Source of the DNA: Paraspadella gotoi
Lineage: Eukaryota > Animalia > Chaetognatha
Reading direction: 5' to 3'
NCBI GenBank assembly: GCA_051294375.1
Contig: CM119265.1
Location: forward strand, 7,388,629 to 7,452,628
Length of the DNA: 64,000 nt
A model generated the notes under the pieces. The model saw only the letters and a list, made by a program, of their open reading frames with translations. It was not told the DNA's origin and did not search any database. Positions 39,171-52,814 of the stretch are shown in pieces. The position numbers were made by a program, and so were the translations under genes. Position 1 is the stretch's first letter; the number at the start of each line of letters is the position of its first letter.

Positions 39171-41099
39171 ATCTTCAGAGTCGGAACCGGCACCTCGAGG
39201 CGGAAGCGAAAGTCTTGAGGAGGCGACGAGCCCGAGGGGCGGTCGGCGAGCCATTGACCAGCAGATTAGCCATGACGATCGGGAAAGTGGATGAGTCTGG
39301 AAAACATCCTCGCCNNNNNNNNNNNNNNNNNNNNNNNNNCCCGCCAATCCTGAAAAGGGACAGAAGGGCAAAGGGCCAAACGGCTTGGAGGGCGTGGCTC
39401 GATTCTGGGTCCCGCCGACGTGGGCGGAGGATCTTCGTCGAATTTCCAAAGATGGGAGTTTTGAAAGGGGAGGGGGGAGATAAGGTGGAGGGGAAGGGGA
39501 GAGGGGGCGTGGATAAAAGGATCGGTAGCGTCGATTATGCTTATTACTTTAAGCAAGGAAGGGGCGATGGAATTATAAAAGACCGCGCGATATATAGAAT
39601 CGCCAGAGGTTAACAACTGGTTCCGCCAAAGATAGGAGAGACGGTCCAGAAATGATTTAGGGAGGAACGACCGGGTTCAACAGACGGTAGCGTCTCCGCG
39701 TTACGCCCTCCCTTCACCCCTTCGTCTCCCCCCCTTTTAATATCCCAACACCCCCCCTTTCCCTCGCCGCCTACCCGGGCTCTTAAATGTTCGAGTCTGA
39801 CCTTTAATGCGGGACGCAGTTTATGGTGAATGTTTTTATCGTCTTATGAATCTTTTTCTTCTTTCATGCGAATTCATGGGAAAGGGGGGGGCTCCCCCGA
39901 CTAGAGCTGTTTTTTGAAAAATAACAGAAATATAACAAATTCAAGTTGAGTAGGTACGATAGCTATTTTAGTGTAATGTAGTCTAGAATTCGATGGTCGA
40001 TCAGCCATTTTTTTGTGATAATTTTATCTTTCTTAGGTTCGAAAATAAGGCTTTTTATGTTATATGTAAATAGATTATTAAAGTACCGATTATTAAGTTA
40101 GTCCATAGATGATCGAAATTATTAAGAATTGTTAGGTAATAGATGTTGATAGTGAGCTTTTGGAAGATATAAAAATTCAAAGAAATAAGACAATATTTTT
40201 GGTAAATTTTTATGTTTTGTCTAACATTTTATGCTTTGTTATAAAAATGTAGTTAGACTGATATTTATGTAATTAATTATGGCGAGGGTAAAAAATTCGT
40301 GGGCTAGAAGGTTAAAAATATAATAGATTTTCAATCAAGTTTGTTGTGTCAGTGATTGAGTTCTTTGCAAAAATGTGCATATAAGGAAAATATTCAATTT
40401 TTATATCTACAAATTATGTCAATAAGTTGGGTCAAAATTCAGAAAACACTATAATTTTAAGCCCAGAAATTTGGGAACGGAAATTAGAAACAAAGACACT
40501 GAATAGGTTGTTAATATTTTGTAAGCCTAACTTAAGTGAGAAGCAATTTCGTTGTAGAATGTGGATTACTATTCTTCTTATTGAATCAACTTTTTGTAAG
40601 GGATATTCAAATCCTTGGTCTTTAAATTTTAAAAATTTTTTTATTTTGTTTCACGTTTAGCTTATTTTTTGATATGTTAGTTTATTAAAACTACTAATAA
40701 ACATATAGCTAACAAGACTTATTAATAAATACTAAAATTTGCTAAAATAGAAGCTTACCAAAATTATGTTTATATGCCGTCGGTCTTTAGTTTTCGTATA
40801 TTATGTTAAGTTAAATTAGTGCTGTTTATAAAAGTCTTTAATTAATTTGAGGTTTGCTTGATAGGCGTCTACAGGAGTGTTTGCCCCTCCCATTGTTTAA
40901 TAGCACCTCTATTATGGCTGCATAAAATCGCCGGATTTCGTACAATAGAAGATGGAGACGTCTATAACTAAAAAAGATGGTGTGATGCATCAATCGGAAT
41001 TCTACAGACTTTATTTACACGTAAAATAGCTATGGCTTACCTCCACGTTGATTTGGTGTATTATTCCGTTATTTTGTCAACGCCCTATGCTTCCCCCAC

Positions 41100-42673
41100 C
41101 CCTTCCTAACCTTCAGTCCCCGAGCCGCGTTCCCCCCCCCCTGTTGTCCCGCTGATGAATTTCGCCGGTATGGAAAGGAAGAAAAAGGATTCATGAAGAC
41201 CCCGATTAAAAACAGTTCACCATAAAACTGCGCGTTCCCTTCAGTTATAAGGTCAGGACTCTGAACATTTAAGAGCCGTCGGGTGAGGCTGGCGAGGGAT
41301 AAGGGGGCGTTGTTTGGGACTATTAAAAGTGGGGGGAGACGAAGCGCGGGCTGAAGCGGAAGGCGTAGACGCTGGAGACGCCTACCGTCCTCTGGATTCA
41401 TGGAAGACACGATAACGGGCTCTGTCACGCCTTCTCTCCCCTAAATCATTTTCTGAAGACCGATCTTCCTATCTTGGCTTGGACCATCCAGGTTGTTAAC
41501 CTCTGCGATTCTATATATCGCGCTGTCTTTTATCAATTCCATCTGCCCCTTCCTTGCTTAAAGTAATAAGCATATTATCGACCGCTACCGATCCTTTTAT
41601 CCACGCCCCCTCTCCCTCTTCCCCTCCGCACCTGTATCTCCCCCTCCCTTGGCTCAAAACTCCCATCTCTTTGGAAATTCGACGAATGGATCCTCCGCCA
41701 CGGTCGCGCGGGACCACAGAATCGAGCACGCCCTCCAAGCCGATATATGGACCTTTGCCCTTCTGTCCCCTTTTCAGGATGTTGCGCGGGTAAGTCTTCT
41801 GGGGTGTGCGTTTCTGGCCTACGTAGGGGCGGGTGAGGTTTGCGAAGCAGGGAGGCGTGAAAAAGGGCTGATAGGAGCTGGAAGTGGGTATCGCGGAGCC
41901 GAGTATGGAGCAGGCCCGCTCGGAGCTCCAAGAGAGAGAAAGTAGAGAGAGACGAGAGAGAGAAGAGAGATGAGGAGAGAGAGAGAGAGAGAGGAGGAGA
42001 GAGAGGGAGCAGGAGAGGAGGGCCCAGACACGAGGGTAAAGACTCTTCGGGGCCTTCTTCATCACGCGACAGACGTTTCCTGTTGCTTGCCAGCGTTTCG
42101 GTCCAGTTTTCTCGCCCTGTCGCTTTGCTCCCTCGTTTATTCGTCCGCCTTCTTTGATCCGCTTCTTTTGAAAAAAGATCCCCCGCAGGCGCCCCGCTCG
42201 CTTCCGTTGTCAGAAAGTAAACAGTAGATGTGTGTCTCAACCACAAGGATCTTAGCGACATTACGGGTGGAGTCTGATACTCACGTCGAGGATCTCTTAA
42301 GAGAGAAATTTAAGAATTTCTCTTTCCTTGTACGAGCCTTTTGCTTTTGGGTGTTTATCCTGTTGTCAACTCTTATAATAGTACAAAGGTGAGTTTGAAA
42401 CTGTAGTAAGAAAACTTCAGTTCAAGCGACAATGTTCAGACTTAGTTGCTCTTTTTTTCACCCTGTTAAAATAAGCAATCGTCTTTCGAAAATTCCTGTT
42501 CAACTGCCCTGTTAAGTTCGAAGTCCGGACCATCTTTCTTTTTTTTGAGGACCGATATTTTTTTAGAGATACTTTTTTATTCAGTATCTCTGGGACTGTT
42601 TTATCGCGTCCGCTTTTACGTCCTTTTAAACTGTCTCTCTCTCTCCTCCTCTTTCTCTCTTCTCTCTCTCTCT

Positions 42674-42723
<50 letters not shown>

Positions 42724-45700
42724 TACAATGGACTTTGGCGCAACGGTCGATGGTCCAAAATGACGGTCAACGTGCGGACGCGGAAGCCATAATGATGCGC
42801 GCGTGTGTCGCATGAATCCCTCGTCACGAAAAAAAATACAATTCACAAAAAAATAAAAGAGCATGAATCGCGCAAGTTTTTTTTTCTCGGGGTCAAAGGC
42901 GAGGCAAAAAAGCAATGCATGCATGGCTCGATAATGGCCTATTACCCAAGTAAAGCTATTTTTTAAAAAGCTGTGATTCTTTTGCGAAGTATAATAATTG
43001 TAGTGTGTGTGCGTGGGTAGCGAAAATGGAAGGATGGCGACGATTTCAAGAAAGTAGGCACATAAAATGGCGACGGTGGAGTACTTTGGCTTAGAAAGGT
43101 TTAGGTTTATGTTTAGGTGAACGAGAGAGAGAGGGGAGGATGGAGGAGGAGAGAGAGATGAGAGAGACGGAGAGAGAGAGAGGAGAGTGAGAGAGAGAAG
43201 AGAGAGATGAGACATGGTTTTTGGGGTGCAGATGGAGTTATCGAAAGGAAAAGCTTCTTTTTTGCGGATACCTTGAGTTTTCTCTAGGAAAATGTCGCTT
43301 CCCCAAATTCCTCTCAGGTTGTTCCGTGAGAGAGAGAGAGAGAGAGAGAGAGGAGACGGAGAGAGGAGAGAGAGAGAGAGATGAGAGAGAGGAGAGTAGA
43401 GAGAGAGATGGAGAGAGGAGAGAAAGAAGGCAGAGATTTCTTATGAAGGATAGGGGGACACAAGAAAATCATCACAAACTGTCACGTTTTTCTGAAAAGC
43501 GTTTTCCTTTCACATTTTTTTCGTTCCTCTTCGATCTTGCATGACGCCTTAAATAACAAGTTTTTTCCCCCTGCTATAAAACATACCGCGTATTTCTTTT
43601 GACGCCTTGTTGTCAACTGGGAGACGTTTGTTGATTTCTATGGAGTAGGAATCGTTATGTCAAACTGTTTCTCGGGAAAAGAGGCTAGTCGACTTTGTGC
43701 AATGACTAAATTTCGTTTAAAAGTTTTTAATGCTGATATTTATATTACTGCTGGGTTAAAAAGCTATATTTGAAATACTGAAATACTAATTTTTGAGAAT
43801 AGCTTGAATACGTATCTGAATTGTTCCTCTGTTCGAATATCTTAGACCTTTTTTACAGAAAGTGTGGCAAAGCTTGCTCACCGTTTGTTGATTAGAAAAA
43901 TGAGGATGAAAACAAAAGACCGTTTTATATGAAATTGGTAAAGCAAGAGCACATAAAACTATAAAATCTCGCAAAATTCTAGTGTGTTTTGGTATATTGA
44001 TTGAAGTTTATTATATTTACTGAAGAGTGCGTTTTAGATATAAGCCAGAGCTTTTTCTATATAATTTAATTAGGAAAATAAAGACATAAAATACCAAAGA
44101 TGAAGGGATTTCTTTTCCTCATACGGTCTGGTGCGACGAGGACACGCAACCCCAAGTAAACCAAAGCTGACAAGAAAGAGTCGGTCCGTGTCCTCGCTCA
44201 GAAAAATTGTCCTTTGCTTTGTTTCAGGAAATGAAAAAAATATATCTACAAATAATTGTATGGCTTCCATTTTATAATTTATTATTTAATTAGTTGAGAT
44301 TCTCAATTTAATCGTGGATGTTCTGTCGGTTTCCATTCTCCCAGCGAAATTGGATGGCGGAGAGTGCGTACGCGTGTGTCAATCAGAAATTCTTTCAGCA
44401 TAAATAATCGTTAAGATTCACTAGAATAATATAAAGTATAATTAAGTAAAATAAAAGCTTAGTGACTGTTTATTTAGACGCCCGTTCGGGTTCGTGGGCG
44501 TTTCCAACGCACGTCCTCTGGAGAGACAGGGAGATTACGATTCGAAACATCTGGCGCCCTCTGAGGTCCGTTTTTTACAAATGAAAAATCCCGCTAATTC
44601 GTGCATTTTGAAGTTATAATGGGCAACAATTTATTTTCCTATTAAATGTTGTAAGAGCAACACTTAATAACAAGGACTTTATTTCGACCTTGTTTATAGA
44701 TGTGGTTGAATGTAGATGACTGTGCAGATTATCACCCCGTGATCTTATTTATCTTGCATTATAACTGCCCCGTCACTGTTCCAGATGCGACCTCGTCTTG
44801 AGAAAAAACTGGATCGATCGAGGTGATTTTTGTGGAAGACACAAAAAGGTGAGAATTTTGACCGTATGAGACGTGAAAGCTTTGTTATAGAAAAATTTCA
44901 CTTCCTCCTCGAGGCAAACAACGGCGATAGCGGACGACTTCTCGTCACCAGACCTCCGTCTTTTGTGGCACTCGGAAACGCAGACCAGAGTCACTCTCTA
45001 TCGTTGTTTTCACTGCGTTGCTTCAAGTATGGGATTGAGAAATGGGAATTGGGGATTGGGGATTTTGTGTGTGTCATTCGGAGGTGTGATTAGTAGCCGC
45101 GTATATAATAATCTTAAGTAAACTAGGCAGGTTACATGATGTATGTTATCTAATTTTGTTATTGTTATTGTTTTGTATTGATTTTGTTATTTGTAAATAT
45201 TTTTTTATTATTAATATTTCTTTCTTTTTCTTTCAGCGTCCAAGTGAAATTGCGACGGTCAGATTCGTGGCACAATGAGGCTCTTTACCATTCTCACCAA
45301 GTGAACAACACGATGGTCGGTCATATGGTTTAGAGTTTAGCGACAATTTGGGTGTAACCAGGAGGTGATATAATTTTAATTAATTAATTAATTAACGATT
45401 AGATCAATCTGTAAAATTTGATTATAGACAATTATACTTTAAACGTCATTCGCAAGCAACATAAATTTGATAATGAATGCATTTTCACATTGATTATATT
45501 ATTTAGCAAAATATTAGGTTGATTTTTTTGTTTTTCTTTTTGTTGGTTTTTTTAATTGATTCGAACAATTTGGTTAAATGCACCTATTTTATTGTCATAT
45601 TGAATATTATATAACAATGATTGAATTTGTTTTAATTGGTTTAACAAACACAATAAAGTTAAAATTTACATAAAGCAATTATAGAATTAAGACTCAGAAC

Positions 45701-48700
45701 ATTCTTTACCTCATTCCAACTCAACACCCTCCAGTTTTTCTCCTCCAATCAGATCGAGTTCATCTTCACTCTCCTGTTTTCTCCTCCAATCACAGATTGT
45801 GGTCTTATCCTCACTCTCCCGGTTCATCGTATTTCACTCTCCCGTTTGCTCCCAATCAGATTTGGTTCATCTTTAGTTTCTTTTTAGTTTTTTGTATCAC
45901 TACCTTTTTTTCTCTCCAATCAGATTCGAGTTCCTCTTCACTTCCCATTTCTCTCTACAGGCATCTCGTCTCCTTTCCTCCAATCAGATTCAAGTTCATC
46001 TTCACCTTCTCCCGTTTTTCCTCCAATCAGATTCGAGTTCATCTTCAACTCTCCTGTTTTCTCCCCAATCAGATTTGATGTTCATCCTCACTTCTCCCAG
46101 TTTTATCTTCACTCCCCGTTTTCTCCTCAAATCAAATTCGAGTTCATCTTCACTCTCCCTATTTTCTCCTTCCAATGCAGATTCAATGTTGCATCTTCAC
46201 TCGTCCAGTTTTTCTCCTCCATCAGATTCGGAGTTCATTCTTCACCAATCTCGTCCCCGCATCTCCGCGTCTCTTTTCTCGAGTCGTCATCTCCGTCCAT
46301 CGCGGCCTTCGCAGACGTCCAAGCGTCTCAGGAAGTCAAGCTAAGATCGCCGTTCGTCAGGGACAAGCGAGTTGGTGCTGCTGCCGAAGCGAGGAGATCA
46401 TCAACAAGGTGATGTGGCTGATTCTCTGAATTCGAAGCTGTTCGCTGTCGCTGAGACACACGCCCTTAACACTTTTTTTTCTTCTTCTTTCTTTTCTTTC
46501 TTTCTTTCTTCTTTCTTCTTTCTCTTCTTTCTTTCTTTCTTTTCTCAGATTCGTCGGCGTTGGAATTTGTTCAATGCGCTATCAGTGGCAACCTGGGGAA
46601 CCATCTTTTATTACAAAACGTTCAGAAGTATGGTAATAATTAAATCTCCAGAATTAATGATCGATTCCTTATTATAATTTAATATAACGAGACATTACTC
46701 ATTAGACGCCTCCTTTTTCTCTTCTTATATTATTCATGGTGGCACGCCCAACATGAACGAGAGCTTCCAACGTTCTCCATCCGCTTATCTCCAAATCGGT
46801 TCGACGATAAGTTCAGGGATTCCAGTTCGCGTCGCTGATGGTTCATCCGAAACCGATCGAGGCAAAGCGGTCTTACGTCCTCGGGTAATGTTTCCCCTTT
46901 GCTTTATGGAAACCTACGCATTCTTAGCGATTTACTTTTCAGCTGGAAATTTGACATTTAACCTCCGTTTTTTTTCCATTCTTTATACGTAATCCGCCCT
47001 ATAATTTTGTCTTGTTAGAGATGGCCTTAACCCAAAATAGCCTGTCAATGACATAGCTGGTCCAATGTCCATTTGACTCATTGTCACTGTCCATTGTCCA
47101 AAGTTCAGGGTGTGAAAATGGCATATTATTTAGTTGTCATCCTCGTTTTGAAAAAAGGTTTCGCGCATCGATCGACGGAACGACTGGAACGAGTCGTCAA
47201 GGAAATCCAAAGCTCAGGCGACTTTTCGGTCATCCCAATATTTGGGGTGGAATTCATGACGGAGGAGGAAGAGGAAGAGGAGAACAGAAGAATAATGGGA
47301 GGAAGAGACCGCTGGACAACTTGTTCGATGGTGAGAAGACGAAGGGGGAGAGAAAGAAGAAGAGAAGAGGAAGAAGCTGAGAGGAGGGAAAGAAAATCAG
47401 AATGTATAAAATTTAGAAGGCGTGAAGAAATATAAAGAAGAGTATATAGGTGTACCTGTAAAAAAGGTTAATGAGACAAACGATACCGAAATGCTAAATC
47501 GGATGAAATACTTTTATTATGTAATTTGTTTTATTGTTTTGTTTTTTTTGTTTAAGATGTTTTTTATTTAACAGACGAAGTAAACATTCGTCGATTCGGA
47601 GATTGGATACGAAACCCAGTCTACGCTGCGTATTCCGGGGTAAATTTAAATCGTTAATCATTGTCATCTTAGTTAGGGGTAGCCTGCACTCAATGGGGTG
47701 AGTAAAAAATTTAGAGTACATGCTCAAACGAATATTAAACATTTTTAAGAATACGTTTCAGATGGCAAAAAATTTCTAATATGCGCTCTGATACCCGTGT
47801 AATTAATTTTTTTAATATTTATTTATAGATAGGAAAGGCCAATTAAATTCTTTTTTTTAAATTTTTTAAATTTTTAAGCATCGAGATTCAGATTAGGCTC
47901 AATAAAAAGTTGTCTCACAAAGTAATGATTCTTTTTTAAGTATTTTACGATAATTGCTAGTCAAAAATAAGAAAAACTGTAAAAAATCATGTATCATCAT
48001 CATCTTTCGATGATTTTTGTCAGTTTTTTTATATTTTCACTTAGAAAACGTAAGAATTTTTAAAACCTTGTAATTATATTTCTTGTTTAACTTTTCTTAT
48101 GCTCTATCAGATCCATCAGAAAAAATTTTAGATTTTAAAAAAAAATATTTTTTGCTTATATAGTAATATAAGTATTTTTAGATTTAGGACGAGTACCCTC
48201 AGAAGAAAAGCATTTTTTTTGGACAAAAAATATTTTTATTACCATAAGTCTTATGTCATGATAGATGTTATTTTGAACGCTGTATACATTAGCATTAATA
48301 TTATTCATCGGCTATGGCTATTCTTAAGCGTCGTCATCGACCTCCGTCGTTATTATGATGATTGTGTTCCTAATTTCATGTAATCACTTACATGTTTTAA
48401 ACGCGATGTTTATCAGTATTCGATTCCACATTTCCGCATCGGTCTTCATTCTTTTTAATTTACTTTTCCTCCTCCTTCCTTCCTTGCTGTCCTCCTCAGA
48501 CGATGTCACCACACGAAGATCTTCGCTGACGTCCGTCGTTCAGCGAAGATTTGGCCTCGGCGATCGCAGGCGGCTCAAGGACGGCTTCACTCCTTCAGAG
48601 CAGCGTTTGCTGGATAGGTACCGACCCTCCTTGGCAAGGTCCGTTGGTTATGATTCCTTCCACGATTTGACGGATTTAGATATCTTGAAATGTTCATCAT

Positions 48701-48770
48701 ATATTTGTCAGTCTTGGAGTCAGATGTCTTTTCGCATAATTTATCAAGTTTTTTTAAATAGTATATCTCT
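41100..48770 (-). repeat. Second inverted duplicate covering 39340-39900, 2700-2930 and 21260-27600
   Basis: Reverse-complement colinearity, with differences dominated by inserted bases. Confidence 0.9.
44478..48680 (+). pseudogene. BBS5: Third full-length, indel-ridden BBS5 copy (probably an assembly artefact)
   Basis: All ten exons are recognisable in order; its frameshifts differ from those in the other copies. Confidence 0.7.
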
Positions 48771-50862
48771 CTCTTCTNNNNNNNNNNNNNNNNNNNNNNN
48801 NNTGCGGGGGTGGGGAGAGTAAGGGACGAGGGTAGAGGATGAGACCAAAACAAATAAAGGGGGTTGGGGAGAAAGAGCAGAAAGGATTTGCTGCATCTTT
48901 TAACGAGTATAAATGGGAGATTGCGAGGGTGAGAGCAGAGCGGTTGGCCTCTTGGGACGCGGATGAAGGTAAGTGCGACGTTGCGGCGGACGTAAATTTT
49001 GGAGCCGATGAGCGAGAGAAAGTGAACGAGGGATGAGAGGTCTGCTTTAATTACGATCGAAATTGAAGATGAACGACTCCTTTTCTGATTTTTTATGATC
49101 GGCGATCTCGATAGAAAAATCAAAGTAGAAAACTATCATCTCGATTGAGACCGCATCATGAATATTATCCAGGACCGTCGGTTATTTCTTGTGGTTTGAA
49201 TGTTTACTTGCATCATAATTAAATTACAAGTTTCCTGGTAGATTTTAATGAAAGGAAATCTTTGTGAGAAATTACTCGATTTGCGTGCGTTCCATTCAGA
49301 GAGACGTTTGTATGAAATAGGATTATCGTGAATATTAAGTACGAATACAAAATCTAATCTGATATATAGTCAGTTTAGTTACGCAATTTGAATGGTGAGG
49401 CCCCTCTTTCTCTCTCTCTCTCTNNNNNNNNNNNNNNNNNNNNNNNNNNNNNNNNNNNNNNNNNNNNNNNNNNNNNNNNNNNNNNNNNNNNNNNNNNNNN
49501 NNNNNNNNNNNNNNNNNNNNNNNNNNNNNNNNNNNNNNNNNNNNNNNNNNNNNNNNNNNNNNNNNNNNNNNNNNNNNNNNNNNNNNNNNNNNNNNNNNNN
49601 NNNNNNNNNNNNNNNNNNNNNNNNNNNNNNNNNNNNNNNNNNNNNNNNNNNNNNNNNNNNNNNNNNNNNNNNNNNNNNNNNNNNNNNNNNNNNNNNNNNN
49701 NNNNNNNNNNNNNNNNNNNNNNNNNNNNNNNNNNNNNNNNNNNNNNNNNNNNNNNNNNNNNNNNNNNNNNNNNNNNNNNNNNNNNNNNNNNNNNNNNNNN
49801 NNNNNNNNNNNNNNNNNNNNNNNNNNNNNNNNNNNNNNNNNNNNNNNNNNNNNNNNNNNNNNNNNNNNNNNNNNNNNNNNNNNNNNNNNNNNNNNNNNNN
49901 NNNNNNNNNNNNNNNNNNNNNNNNNNNNNNNNNNNNNNNNNNNNNNNNNNNNNNNNNNNNNNNNNNNNNNNNNNNNNNNNNNNNNNNNNNNNNNNNNNNN
50001 NNNNNNNNNNNNNNNNNNNNNNNNNNNNNNNNNNNNTGATAGACTTCGAATTATTCATTAAATCGTGAAATATGTAATCGGAACTGAGATATAACCAGAC
50101 TGGAATGCCAACGCCAAAGCGAGAGAGGCTCGTTTGAAAAAAGAAAGTATCTCGATGCGTCAAATCAAATGTTAATCTTAAGCATTTGACTTTAAAGTCG
50201 AACAATACAAATTCGCAAAGTTTATGAGGCGAACTGTCAACTGATCTCACTGCAGTTTGGGGCGATCTTCATCTTGAGTAAACACGATGACACGTCGCAA
50301 ATAAGTTACGGTTAAGTTTTGGATTAAAACCGTTTTATAAGATGGAATCGAACTGGCTCGAACCCCTGGCGCAAACTCTAATCAAAATGACTCAGTCTGA
50401 GACTCGAACCCTTGACCTTTTGTTCGTCGTCGTAAACTCGAGACTCGAAGTTCTAAAAAAGCGGAATTAAAACGAATGCGATTTCCGCGTGAAAGAGATG
50501 CGAAGTGAGGNNNNNNNNNNNNNNNNNNNNNNNNNNNNNNNNNNNNNNNNNNNNNNNNNNNNNNNNNNNNNNNNNNNNNNNNNNNNNNNNNNNNNNNNNN
50601 NNNNNNNNNNNNNNNNNNNNNNNNNNNNNNNNNNNNNNNNNNNNNNNNNNNNNNNNNNNNNNNNNNNNNNNNNNNNNNNNNNNNNNNNNNNNNNNNNNNN
50701 NNNNNNNNNNNNNNNNNNNNNNNNNNNNAGCTTGGAGAACTGAAGAGAGACAGAAGCAGTGAGAATGAAAAGAGAATGATAGGGAGAAAGAGAGAAAAGT
50801 GGATGAGAGAAAGAAAGATAGAAAGATAGAAAGATCCGAATCTGCTCCGAGATTTCGCCAGA

Positions 50863-50894
<32 letters not shown>

Positions 50895-52814
50895 AACANN
50901 NNNNNNNNNNNNNNNNNNNNNNNNNNNNNNNNNNNNNNNNNNNNNNNNNNNNNNNNNNNNNNNNNNNNNNNNNNNNNNNNNNNNNNNNNNNNNNNNNNNN
51001 NNNNNNNNNNNNNNNNNNNNNNNNNNNNNNNNNNNNNNNNNNNNNNNNNNNNNNNNNNNNNNNNNNNNNNNNNNNNNNNNNNNNNNNNNNNNNNNNNNNN
51101 NNNNNNNNNNNNNNNNNNNNNNNNNNNNNNNNNNNNNNNNNNNNNNNNNNNNNNNNAAAAAAAAAAAGGTAATTGATGAAATCACAGGGATACTATTAGG
51201 AATCAGTATCTTGATGATATCGGAAACGAGTGGGTTCTTCTCTGTGTTATGGAAGTGAGACAAAGAAAGGCAGGGAGGTTGAGGGACATGAGGGAAACGG
51301 GGCCGCGTCAGAGTGAGGTCAGACCCTAGCCAGAGAAAGAAGGCGATACTTTGTCAGCGGAGACTCTGACCCCGAGACTCACCTCGACTCACCCGGAAGT
51401 AAGGAAGGCGAAGGGCGAAAGGGGCGGGACGCGAGGTCGCCCGCGAGACGAAAGGTCGGGAGAGGGCGTGTGGGAAGGTGGAGGAGGAGGACGCTGTCGG
51501 TCGGTCGGTCTTCTTCGTCGAGGGTGTCATTGTTGTTCTTTCCCCCCCCCCAGTGAGTCCGACTGACGCGAAGTCTCATCCCCACGTGCTCGGACTCCCG
51601 AGGCCCGTTGCCCTTTTTGGCCTCTCGAGCCACGTGGCCCTATTTTGGCCTCTGGAGACACTTCGACCCTTGAATGCCCCCTTANNNNNNNNNNNNNNNN
51701 NNNNNNNNNNNNNNNNNNNNNNNNNNNNNNNNNNNNNNNNNNNNNNNNNNNNNNNNNNNNNNNNNNNNNNNNNNNNNNNNNNNNNNNNNNNNNNNNNNNN
51801 NNNNNNNNNNNNNNNNNNNNNNNNNNNNNNNNNNNNNNNNNNNAAGGCCCCCCTAAGCCCACAGACGCTCTAGAACTTGCGCGCGGAAAAGTCATTTGGC
51901 GGCGACGAAAGTTCCGGCCGAAAAAAAATTAAGAGTGCAAACCATTTGTCATTACGGGGCGTGGCGAGACGACGGCTTGGGGAGAAGAGGTCGTGTGGAG
52001 ACGACGGCGTGGGGAGAAGAGGGCGTGGCGGAGGTGGGACGGATGAGTGGGGAGACGAATCCGCTGCTCGGAGAGAGCGTGGCAAGATGACGGCGCGGTG
52101 GGAAGACGGTAACTTGATGTAAAGGCAAAATCCCACTTGAATAGCTATCACCAGGATTTTGATTTGACATTCCTGTCATCGTATTTGAATTTGAGGTTGA
52201 CAATTGCCTGACAACCGCCATCTTTACCGTTACCAGGCCATCTGGCGGAACCGGTATGAAAGTGGCNNNNNNNNNNGATTTGACATTCCTGTCATTGTAT
52301 TTGAATTTGAGGTTGACAACCGCCATCTTTACTGTTACCAGGCCATCTGGCGGATCCGGTATGAAAGTGGCGCCACTTGTTTCGACGCCTTCCGTNNNNN
52401 NNNNNNNNNNNNNNNNNNNNNNNNNNNNNNNNNNNNNNNNNNNNNNNNNNNNNNNNNNNNNNNNNNNNNNNNNNNNNNNNNNNNNNNNNNNNNNNNNNNN
52501 NNNNNNNNNNNNNNNNNNNNNNNNNNNNNTGAGTCCGATTTCGCAGTCCGTGCCACTTTTTACTCAAAAGGTGGCGCTCGAAATAAATCACGAAGACGAC
52601 GGTGCCGAGGGGGACGCCGACGACGACGACGACGACGATGACGATGACGACAACGAAGAAAATTTTCACGAATCGTAATGACTAATGCTCCGATGTACTC
52701 AAGCTTCGGGTCAAAAAAAAAATAAAATTGGCAATTGGTCGAAAGCGAAAGAGGAAAAATGCCTCTTAGTCAACTAACTCTTGCGTGTCTAAAAATAGAA
52801 TTAGACTGAAGAGA

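Noticed and set aside
30192-48680. BBS5 gene-family expansion or true pseudogenes
   Set aside because: Introns and exons are equally similar between copies, the differences are mostly private 1-nt indels, and the blocks sit beside 25-N gaps. An artefact is more parsimonious; kept as a test in findings.
52161-52370. ~105-bp tandem duplication
   Set aside because: The two units are separated by a 10-N gap and the inverted copy at ~54780-54900 has only one unit; likely a contig-end overlap.
49375-52678. ORFs of 120-290 aa spanning N runs
   Set aside because: They are open only because they read through gaps.
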